From Spirochaetia bacterium (GTDB lineage: Bacteria; Spirochaetota; Spirochaetia; SZUA-6; Bin103), in the NCBI GenBank assembly GCA_965199955.1, contig CBDATQ010000002.1:576001-640000 (forward strand): a stretch of DNA of 64,000 nucleotides, read 5' to 3'. The notes under the pieces are model-generated. The model searched no databases. It was not told where the DNA came from and saw only the letters and a list, made by a program, of their open reading frames with translations. Both the position numbers and the translations under genes were made by a program. Below, piece by piece: positions 9,830-17,575 of this stretch. How positions within the stretch are numbered: position 1 is the stretch's first letter; every line of letters begins with the position of its first letter.

Positions 9830-11194
9830 ATGCGGGCCCTGGACCGACACGCGCTGGCCACGCTTGGCGTGGCCGCGGTCGTCGCGGTCGTGGCGGCGGC
9901 CCTGGGGGACCGCGTCGGTTTGCGGGTCGTCTCCATGACGCCGGCGCCGGGAGCCGAGCACGTCTCCACGCTGGCGACGATCGAGATCCGGTTCTCGGAG
10001 CCGATCGATCCCGCCGCGCGTTCGTCGACCCTGGCGATCGAGCCTCCCGTCGAGGGATCGCTGCGCTGGGGCAGCCGCACCGTGCGCTTCGCCCCGGACC
10101 GCACGCTGTCCGCGCGCACGCGCTACACGGTGCGGCTCCACCGGTCCGTGCGGGCAGCGTCCGGACGCCGTCTGCGCGGAGCGGTCGAGTGGAGCTTCGA
10201 CACCGGAGCGCTGCGCATCGCCTACGTGGCCGACGGAGTGGCCGAACGGGCGCGGATCGCCGCCAGAGTCGTGGCCACGACCGCGGGGCAGGCGGTAGGC
10301 GGCAGGTCGGAGCCCGGCGGCGAGCGGACACTGGCGTCGTTCGAGCGGCCGGTGCGCGACTTTCACCAGTCGCCGGACGGCGGCTCGCTGGTCGTCACGC
10401 TGGGCACCGACGCGTTCGCCGCGGATCTCTGGCTGGTCGACTCCGAGGGCGGTCGGCGCGAGCTGCTGGGCTGCGGCGGGGCGGAGTGCAGTGCAGCCCG
10501 CTGGGCTCCCGACGGGGAGACTATCGTCTTCTCGAGGCGCCGGCTGCCGTTGCCGCCGCGTCCCTGGCTGCTGGATCCCGCCACCGGCGATCTGTGGCCG
10601 CTCCTGGACCAGGAAGTGATCGGCTTCGACCCGCGCTGGTCGGACGACGGAGCGTGGGTGGCGTTCGTGTCGCCCGTGGAAGGGGGTTTGCGCATCGTCA
10701 ACGTAGCCGATGGCCGGACGGTGCTCGTACCGACGCGGGCCGCGGCTCCGGCGGCGTGGCGCCCCGGAGCGCGGGAGATCCTCACCTCCGACCTGCGCGA
10801 GGGCGCAGCAGGCCGGGCCGTGGACCTGCTGATAGCGATCGACTTGGCCGACCTCACGGTGCGACGCGCGCTCGGGCCCGAGCACGGCGCCGACCGAGCG
10901 CCGGTGTGGGCGCCGGGCGGCGATCGCTTCGCGTTCATCCGCGCAGCAGGCGTTGGGGACCAGGTGTGGCTGGCAACCGACGCCGGCGGGCCGCACTTCG
11001 ATACCGAGGCGCTGGCCGCCGCGCCGGGACTCACGTACCGGGAGATCGTATTCGCACCGGGTGGCGACCTGCTGGCGGCGCAGCGATCCCGGCTGGGCGT
11101 GGCGTTCCCCGAGCCCGAGGTGGTCGTGTTCGATCTCGACGGTCGGGAGATGGCGGTGATCGCGGGCGCGACGACGCCCCGCTGGCTGCCGTGA
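9830..11194 (+). CDS. Membrane-anchored Ig-like (Big_5/SbsA) plus TolB-like beta-propeller protein
   Basis: IEIRFSEPID...FAPDRTL...YTV...WSFDT Ig domain, then repeated SPDG/WAPDG/WSDDG/WAPGG PD40-like motifs. Confidence 0.8.
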   Translation: MRALDRHALATLGVAAVVAVVAAALGDRVGLRVVSMTPAPGAEHVSTLATIEIRFSEPIDPAARSSTLAIEPPVEGSLRWGSRTVRFAPDRTLSARTRYTVRLHRSVRAASGRRLRGAVEWSFDTGALRIAYVADGVAERARIAARVVATTAGQAVGGRSEPGGERTLASFERPVRDFHQSPDGGSLVVTLGTDAFAADLWLVDSEGGRRELLGCGGAECSAARWAPDGETIVFSRRRLPLPPRPWLLDPATGDLWPLLDQEVIGFDPRWSDDGAWVAFVSPVEGGLRIVNVADGRTVLVPTRAAAPAAWRPGAREILTSDLREGAAGRAVDLLIAIDLADLTVRRALGPEHGADRAPVWAPGGDRFAFIRAAGVGDQVWLATDAGGPHFDTEALAAAPGLTYREIVFAPGGDLLAAQRSRLGVAFPEPEVVVFDLDGREMAVIAGATTPRWLP

Positions 11195-11610
11195 AGGCGC
11201 GAGCCGCGGCGCACGGCCTCGCGATCCTGTTCGTCGACGGCGACTGCGTACTCTGCCGGCGCCTGTCGCGGGTCGTGCTGCAGGGGGACACCGCCGGTCG
11301 GCTGCGGGTCGCTCCGCTCGCCGGGGTGACCGCCCGCCGGCTGCTGACTCCTGCGGATCGGGCGCAGGACGACTGGGTCGTGCTGATCGAGGGGCCGCGG
11401 ACGCTGCGGGCCGCCGACGCCGTGGTACGCACGCTGCAACTGATGGGAGGACGGTTCGGCCTCCTGGCGTCCGGCACCCTGCTGTTGCCCCGTCCACTGC
11501 GCGCGGCGGTCTACCGGTTCGTCGCCGGCCGCCGCCGCGCGTGGTTCGGGCGGGTGGAGTCGTGTCCTCTGCCGGCGAGCGAACGCCGGCCTGACGCCGT
11601 CCTCGACTGA
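11191..11610 (+). CDS. DCC1-like thiol-disulfide oxidoreductase (DUF393)
   Basis: DGDCVLC motif; PRPLRAAVYRFVAGRRRAWFG...C tail; GTGA overlap with upstream gene. Confidence 0.88.
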   Translation: MKARAAAHGLAILFVDGDCVLCRRLSRVVLQGDTAGRLRVAPLAGVTARRLLTPADRAQDDWVVLIEGPRTLRAADAVVRTLQLMGGRFGLLASGTLLLPRPLRAAVYRFVAGRRRAWFGRVESCPLPASERRPDAVLD

Positions 11611-11723
11611 ACCGGATCGCGCCGGATGCGGCGTCGCGTCGGCAGTAGGCCGGAGCCGATGCTTGGCCGTATACTATCGTTCCCAGGGCCGGAGCAGGAT
11701 CCGGCCGGTGAGAGGAGTTCGCT

Positions 11724-12620
11724 ATGGCGGGTGAGATGCAGGATACCGGTACGTGGACGGTCAAGACCGGGCTGGCTCAGATGCTGAAGGGCGGAGTGAT
11801 CATGGACGTGGTCACCGCCGATCAGGCCAGGATCGCCGAAGACGCCGGCGCGGTCTCGGTGATGGCGCTCGAACGGGTGCCTGCCGACATCCGCAAGGCC
11901 GGCGGCGTGGCGCGCATGGCCGATCCGACCAAGATCGAGGAGATCAAGCGCGCCGTCACGATTCCGGTCATGGCCAAGTGCCGTATCGGCCACTTCGTCG
12001 AAGCTCAGGTCCTGCAGTCCCTGGAGATCGACTACATCGACGAGTCCGAGGTCCTGACTCCGGCTGACGAAGACAATCACGTGTGGAAGCACGACTTCAC
12101 GGTGCCGTTCGTGTGCGGCTGCCGGAACCTGGGTGAGGCGCTGCGGCGCATCCGCGAAGGGGCCGCCATGATCCGCACCAAGGGAGAGGCAGGCACCGGC
12201 AACGTGGTCGAGGCGGTGCGCCACGCCCGCACCGTGCTGCAGGCGGTCCGGCGGGTGCAGGGCCTGAACGACAGCGAGCTGTCGGCATTCGCGAAGGAGA
12301 TACAGGCGCCGTTCGAGCTGGTGGCGCAACTGCGCGCGGACGGATCGCTGCCGGTGGTCAACTTCGCCGCCGGCGGCATCGCCACGCCGGCGGACGCGGC
12401 GCTGATGATGCAGCTCGGCGTCGACGGCGTGTTCGTGGGCTCCGGGATCTTCAAGTCCGAGAACCCGCAGCGCATGGCGGAGGCGATCGTCAAGGCGACG
12501 ACCAACTACGACGATCCGGAAATCCTGGCCCAGGTCTCCCGCGGGTTGGGAGAGCCCATGCGCGGGCTGGAGATGGCGGCGATCCCCGCAGGGGAGCAGC
12601 TCGCCGTACGCGGCTGGTAG
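11724..12620 (+). CDS. pdxS: Pyridoxal 5'-phosphate synthase lyase subunit
   Basis: [51 protein letters not shown]. Confidence 0.98.
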   Translation: MAGEMQDTGTWTVKTGLAQMLKGGVIMDVVTADQARIAEDAGAVSVMALERVPADIRKAGGVARMADPTKIEEIKRAVTIPVMAKCRIGHFVEAQVLQSLEIDYIDESEVLTPADEDNHVWKHDFTVPFVCGCRNLGEALRRIREGAAMIRTKGEAGTGNVVEAVRHARTVLQAVRRVQGLNDSELSAFAKEIQAPFELVAQLRADGSLPVVNFAAGGIATPADAALMMQLGVDGVFVGSGIFKSENPQRMAEAIVKATTNYDDPEILAQVSRGLGEPMRGLEMAAIPAGEQLAVRGW

Positions 12621-12623
12621 CAC

Positions 12624-13289
12624 ATGGCGGTGGGCGTCCTGGCGCTGCAGGGCGACGTCCGTGAGCATCTCCATGCCCTCGCCGCCATCGGCCAGCCGGC
12701 CTCGCCGGTGCGCACCGCCGCGCACCTCGCAGCGGTCGACGCGCTGATCATCCCCGGCGGGGAGAGCACGACGATCATCAACCTGTTGCATACGTTCGAC
12801 TTGGCAAGGCCGCTCTGCGACCGGCTGACCGGCGGCATGCCGGTGTGGGGTACCTGCGCCGGGATGATCGTGCTTGCCGCGGAGGTGCTGGACCCGCGTC
12901 CGGAGCCGCTGCGGCTGATGGACATCTCCGTGCGGCGCAACGCGTACGGCCGTCAGGTGGCCAGCTTCGAGGCGTCCCTGGATGTCCGGGAGTTGGGCCC
13001 GCCGCCGTTCTGCGGCATCTTCATCCGGGCGCCGGCGGTGGAGCGCGTCGGCTCCGCCGTTCAGGTGATCGCTGCCCTGCCCGACGGGCGTCCGGTGGCC
13101 GTGCGCCAGGGCGCCATGCTGGCGACCTCGTTCCATCCGGAGCTCACCGGGGACTACCGGTTCCATCGGTACTTCTGCTCGTTGCACGGGGCTGCGGCCG
13201 TCCGGCCCGGCGGTGCGGCGCAGCAGGGACGTGCGGCCGCGGCGCCGGTCGCAGGCCGCGCAAGGCCGGCCGAGAGCCGGCTCCGCTGA
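12624..13289 (+). CDS. pdxT: PLP synthase glutaminase subunit
   Basis: GVLALQGD, PGGEST, GTCAG, RNAYGRQ, FIRAP, FHPEL. Confidence 0.97.
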   Translation: MAVGVLALQGDVREHLHALAAIGQPASPVRTAAHLAAVDALIIPGGESTTIINLLHTFDLARPLCDRLTGGMPVWGTCAGMIVLAAEVLDPRPEPLRLMDISVRRNAYGRQVASFEASLDVRELGPPPFCGIFIRAPAVERVGSAVQVIAALPDGRPVAVRQGAMLATSFHPELTGDYRFHRYFCSLHGAAAVRPGGAAQQGRAAAAPVAGRARPAESRLR

Positions 13290-13297
13290 CGGCGCAC

Positions 13298-14047
13298 ATG
13301 TCCGACACGCGCACGGGGGCGGCCGAACGGGAGCGGGCGCGGCGGATCCGCGACAACTACGACGCGGTACGGGAGCGCGTGGACGCGGCTGCCGCGCGCG
13401 CCGGCCGGGCTGTCGACTCGGTCCGGATGATGGCGGTGACCAAGGGGTTCGACGTGGATCACGCCCTGGCCGCGGTCGCCGCCGGACTGGATCTGTTGGG
13501 CGAGAACCGGGTGCAGGAGGCGGCCGGCAAGCATGGCGACCGCTCCAGGCATGGAGGGTGTTCGCGGCCGTACGAGTTGCACCTGGTCGGTCACCTGCAG
13601 CGCAACAAGGCCAGGGATGCGGCGCGGCTGTTCGACGCGGTGCAGTCGATAGATGCCGTGCACACGGCTGCCGCTCTGGAGCGGCGCTGCGCGGTGCTCG
13701 GCCGAACGATGCCGATCCTGCTGGAGCTGAACGCCTCCGGCGAGCCGACCAAGGCCGGCTTTCCGGCTGCGGATGACCTGCTGGCGTCCGCGGAAGAGAT
13801 CGCCGCAGGCTGTCCGCATCTGTCGCTGGCCGGAGTCATGACGATCGGCGCGCACACGGACGACGAGGCGGCGGTGCGCGCCTCGTTCGCGCGGCTGCGG
13901 GCGGTCCACGAACGCCTGCTCGGCAACCACCCGGAAGCCCGGGTGTTGTCGATGGGCATGTCGCAGGACTACGAGCTGGCGATCGAGGAGGGCGCGACGC
14001 TGATCAGGCTCGGCACGGCGCTGCTCGGGCCGCGGCCTGCGCCATGA
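13298..14047 (+). CDS. yggS: PLP homeostasis protein YggS/PLPBP
   Basis: MAVTK, GENRVQE, HLVGHLQRNK, LSMGMSQDY, EGATLIRLGT. Confidence 0.95.
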   Translation: MSDTRTGAAERERARRIRDNYDAVRERVDAAAARAGRAVDSVRMMAVTKGFDVDHALAAVAAGLDLLGENRVQEAAGKHGDRSRHGGCSRPYELHLVGHLQRNKARDAARLFDAVQSIDAVHTAAALERRCAVLGRTMPILLELNASGEPTKAGFPAADDLLASAEEIAAGCPHLSLAGVMTIGAHTDDEAAVRASFARLRAVHERLLGNHPEARVLSMGMSQDYELAIEEGATLIRLGTALLGPRPAP

Positions 14048-14490
14048 GACAACCGGCGATGAGACGTCCGGCCATGAGCCGACTGGCAGCGGCGCTGCTG
14101 ATCGGAGCCGTGGCCGGCGCGGCGTGGGGCCAGGAACCGGCTGGTGCCGGCGAAGAGGGGGCGGCGGCCCTGCTCGAACCGGTTCCGTACGAACGTTCCG
14201 AGTTCCCGGATTGGGCGCACGCGCTGCGCCGCGCCGAGGTGGTGGCGATCGGTTCCCTGCCGCTGACGCTGTTCGGCGTCCGGCTGCTGTACGACTATAC
14301 CCGCTACGTCGCGCACGGCTTCGCCGAAGAGGTGCGGCCGTTCCCGTTCCAGCCCATCGGCGGCGGTGCGACGCTCACGGAGTCGGAGATGCTCGGGATC
14401 GTCATCGGCGCGGCGGCGCTGTCGGTCGTGATCGCGCTCATCGACGCCGACATGCGCGCGGCAGCACCTGCCGACCGGCAGGTGCCGTGA
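14044..14490 (+). CDS. Hypothetical membrane protein (spirochaete-type, between yggS and rluD)
   Basis: Signal-like N-terminus, PYERSEFPDWAHALRRAEVVAIGSLP motif, two TM segments; overlaps both neighbours. Confidence 0.75.
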   Translation: MRQPAMRRPAMSRLAAALLIGAVAGAAWGQEPAGAGEEGAAALLEPVPYERSEFPDWAHALRRAEVVAIGSLPLTLFGVRLLYDYTRYVAHGFAEEVRPFPFQPIGGGATLTESEMLGIVIGAAALSVVIALIDADMRAAAPADRQVP

Positions 14491-15446
14491 GGTCGTCGGA
14501 AACGCTCGTCGGTGACGAGCGCTTCGCGGGAGCGCGGCTGGACAGCTATCTGGCGACCGGTTTGCGGCTGTTTCCCCGCAGCCAGGCGCGGGCACGTGTC
14601 GACGTGGTCACCGTCAACGGCCGTCCCGCGAAGCTGGCGACGCGTCTGTGCCCGGGCGACCGCGTGGCGGTCAGCTACCGCGACCCGGAGCCGCTGACTG
14701 CGGTGGCGGAGGAGATGGAGCTGTCGATCCTCCATGAAGACGGCGACGCCATCGTGCTGGACAAGCCTTCCGGCGTGGTCACCCACCCCGGGGCAGGGAA
14801 CCGGACCGGCACCCTCCTGAACGGCGTGCTCGGCCACTGCGACCGGCTGCGTGACGCATTTCCGGACGAGCCGGCCAGGCCGGGCGTGGTGCATCGGCTG
14901 GACAAGGAGACCTCGGGAGTCATCGTCTTCGCCAAGTCGCCGCACGCGCATCTGGCGTTGATCCGCCAGTTCGCCCAGCGGCGCGTGGACAAGCGATACC
15001 TGGCGGTGGTCGACGGACGCCCGCCGGAAGCCGGCGGCACCGTTGACCTGCCGATCGGTCGCGACGACCGCGACCGGACCCGGTTCTCGGTGGCCGCCCG
15101 GGGCAGGCCGGCGATCACCCGCTACCGGCTGCTCGGCGGACTGGCGGACGGACGTTCGCTGGTGCTCCTGGCCCCGGTGACCGGCCGGACCCACCAGTTG
15201 CGCGTGCACCTGGCGGCGCTCGGCTGTCCCGTGGCCGGCGACATGGTGTACGGGAAGCGGCGCCGGTCGGAGCCGGCGTCGATGCTGCTACACGCGTCAA
15301 TGCTCCTGCATTCCGCCTCGCTGTGGCTGCGGCTACCGGGCGCGGAGGAGCCCAGTCGGTTCCGGGCTCCGCTGCCGGAGCGGTTCCGGGCGGCGCCGGG
15401 CGTGGTCGACTGCCTGCGGATGGTCAGTCCCGCAGGTGGACGTTGA
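14487..15446 (+). CDS. rluD: RluA/RluD family 23S rRNA pseudouridine synthase
   Basis: S4 domain (RLDSYL), DKPSGVVTHP, GVVHRLDKETSG, TGRTHQLRVH. Confidence 0.92.
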   Translation: MRSSETLVGDERFAGARLDSYLATGLRLFPRSQARARVDVVTVNGRPAKLATRLCPGDRVAVSYRDPEPLTAVAEEMELSILHEDGDAIVLDKPSGVVTHPGAGNRTGTLLNGVLGHCDRLRDAFPDEPARPGVVHRLDKETSGVIVFAKSPHAHLALIRQFAQRRVDKRYLAVVDGRPPEAGGTVDLPIGRDDRDRTRFSVAARGRPAITRYRLLGGLADGRSLVLLAPVTGRTHQLRVHLAALGCPVAGDMVYGKRRRSEPASMLLHASMLLHSASLWLRLPGAEEPSRFRAPLPERFRAAPGVVDCLRMVSPAGGR

Positions 15447-15984
15447 ACCGGCGCTCGATGCCGATCGTGGTCGGCGGCCCATGGCCCGGAAGCACGACTT
15501 CGTGGTCGGCACGGCTGAGCAGCCGCTCGCGGACGGACCGCTGCAGCGTGGCCCGACCTTCCGCCGTCGCCGCGCTGCCGATGGCCCCGGCCGCCAGCGT
15601 GTCGCCGGTAAAGATCACCGGTGGCAGCGCATAGCAGACTGAATCTTCGGTGTGACCGGGCGTCGACAGCACCTCGAAGGTGAGCGCGCCGATGCGCAGC
15701 GTCTGCCCGCCAGCGACGAGGGTGGTGGGAAGCTCGGCGACCGCAGCGGCGGCGTAGATCTCGGCGCCGAACACTTTCTGGATCGCGCCCGCGCCCGCAC
15801 AGTGGCTGGGGTGAGAATGTGTGAGCATTACCGCACTCGGCGGCAGATCGCGCTGCTCGATGTGGCCGACGAGGGCGGCGTTCAGGTAGCCGGGATCGAC
15901 CAGGACGCTGTAGCCGCCGGCGTCCGGCCCGATCAGGTAACAGGTGGCGAAGCCACCGACCGCGAAATGCGTGGAGATGGTCAT
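15424..15984 (-). CDS. MBL-fold metallo-hydrolase (glyoxalase II-like)
   Basis: VDPG, THSHPSH, TPGHT, FTGDTL, LPGHGPPTT. Confidence 0.88.
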   Translation of the reverse strand: MTISTHFAVGGFATCYLIGPDAGGYSVLVDPGYLNAALVGHIEQRDLPPSAVMLTHSHPSHCAGAGAIQKVFGAEIYAAAAVAELPTTLVAGGQTLRIGALTFEVLSTPGHTEDSVCYALPPVIFTGDTLAAGAIGSAATAEGRATLQRSVRERLLSRADHEVVLPGHGPPTTIGIERRFNVHLRD

Positions 15985-16001
15985 CGCGGGTTTCGGGCCG
16001 C

Positions 16002-16583
16002 TCAGCGGCGATGCGCTTCGGCCAGGTTGGAGCCCGGTGTGGCCAGATCCCCCAGGTCCGCCAGCTCCAGATGCGCGTGATAGAGGTTGCAGTCGTCCAT
16101 CGTGACCTGCCGCAGCCTGCCGCCGATGAAGCGGGACGACGTCAGGTCGCAGCTACCGAAGAGCGTGCGGGAGATAGTCGCGGCCACGAAGTTGCAGCGC
16201 TGCACGTCGCAGTCGTCGAAATGGCAGTCGCTGAGCTCGCTGCCCGCCAGGATCACCGCTGCCAGCCGGCAGCCGACGAAGCGGCACTCGGACAGCACCG
16301 CGTCGTGCAGGAACACCAGGCTCAGATGGCATCCTTCGAACGACACCCGCTCCAGCGTGGCTCCGACCAGGCGGGTGCCTACCAGGCATCGCTCGCGGAT
16401 GTGCCGATCGCGGACCCGTACCCCGCTCACGTCGACGTGGGTCAGGTCGGCTCCTTCCGCGAAGCGGCGTCGCGCTCGTCGCTGGTAGGCCTGCTCGTCC
16501 GCGACGTGGGCATGGCAGCTATCCTCGCCGGTGAGCGCCGGCGCCGGGCAGGTGGGTACGGCGCAGGGGGCCGCCTGGGTCAT
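16002..16583 (-). CDS. Pentapeptide repeat protein with N-terminal Cys/His motif
   Basis: CAVPTC...CHAH N-terminus, then A/C-x-F/L pentapeptide repeats; ATG 16583 preferred over GTG 16592. Confidence 0.85.
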   Translation of the reverse strand: MTQAAPCAVPTCPAPALTGEDSCHAHVADEQAYQRRARRRFAEGADLTHVDVSGVRVRDRHIRERCLVGTRLVGATLERVSFEGCHLSLVFLHDAVLSECRFVGCRLAAVILAGSELSDCHFDDCDVQRCNFVAATISRTLFGSCDLTSSRFIGGRLRQVTMDDCNLYHAHLELADLGDLATPGSNLAEAHRR

Positions 16584-16639
16584 CGCCGTCACCGTATCAC
16601 GCCTTGCGCGCTCGACGGCCGTTGGGCGACAGTCGCGCG

Positions 16640-17575
16640 GTGAGCATCATCACGGGACAGGTGCACCGCAGCGGCGGCAGCGTCTACGACGTCGGCGTGG
16701 ACGGGTCGCTCATACGCTGCCGGATCAAGGGAAAGACCCTGGCGGTCGAAGAGCGCGTCCATGCGCCGATCGCCGTGGGAGACTTCCTGGAGATCGAGCC
16801 CGATCCTTACGAGGACGCCGCCGGCTGGATCCTGAACCGGCTGGAGCGCACGACGCAGATCGATCGGTGGAGTCGCAAGCACCGCGCGATGCAGGTGCTT
16901 GCCGCCAACGTCGACCAGGTGGCCTGCGTGACCGCCCCGCGCTCGCCCCCGTTCCGTCCGCGGTTCATCGACCGCCTGCTCGTGTCCGCCGAGCATGCCG
17001 GCGTCGAGTCCCTGATCATTCTCAACAAGGCCGACCTGGGCATTCCGGCGACGGTGGCTGAACGCATCGCCGACTTCCGGAGGATGGGCTACCGGGTGCT
17101 TGCGTGCTCGGCCGTCACCGGTGAGGGAGTGGCGGAGGCGCGGGCGGCGCTGGGCTCGGCGTTGACGCTGATGTGCGGTCAGTCGGGGGTGGGAAAATCC
17201 AGCCTGCTGAACGCCTGGGATCCCGGCCTGGAGCTGCGCACCGGCGCGGTGTCGCGCAAGTTCGACCGGGGCGTGCACACGACGATCCGTGCCGAGCTGC
17301 TGGAGCTCGCCGACGGAGGGCGCCTGATCGACAGTCCCGGCATTCGCGAGCTGGAGCTGGGCGCCATCGACGCGCGCGACATCCGCCACCGTTTTCGCGA
17401 CTTCCAGCGCTGGCTGCTGCGCTGCGAGTACAGCGCCTGCCTGTGCGACGGCGAACCGGGCTGCGCGGTGCGCGCGGCGGCGGAGGCGGGCCAGATCCAT
17501 CCCGACCGCTACGAAAGTTACCTGCGGTTGCTGCGGGAAGTGCTCGATCGAGAGCGCGAGCGAGCGCACGCATGA
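16640..17575 (+). CDS. rsgA: Ribosome small subunit-dependent GTPase A
   Basis: AVGD, AANVD, NKAD, GQSGVGKSS, GVHTT, DSPG, C-terminal Zn finger. Confidence 0.96.
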   Translation: MSIITGQVHRSGGSVYDVGVDGSLIRCRIKGKTLAVEERVHAPIAVGDFLEIEPDPYEDAAGWILNRLERTTQIDRWSRKHRAMQVLAANVDQVACVTAPRSPPFRPRFIDRLLVSAEHAGVESLIILNKADLGIPATVAERIADFRRMGYRVLACSAVTGEGVAEARAALGSALTLMCGQSGVGKSSLLNAWDPGLELRTGAVSRKFDRGVHTTIRAELLELADGGRLIDSPGIRELELGAIDARDIRHRFRDFQRWLLRCEYSACLCDGEPGCAVRAAAEAGQIHPDRYESYLRLLREVLDRERERAHA

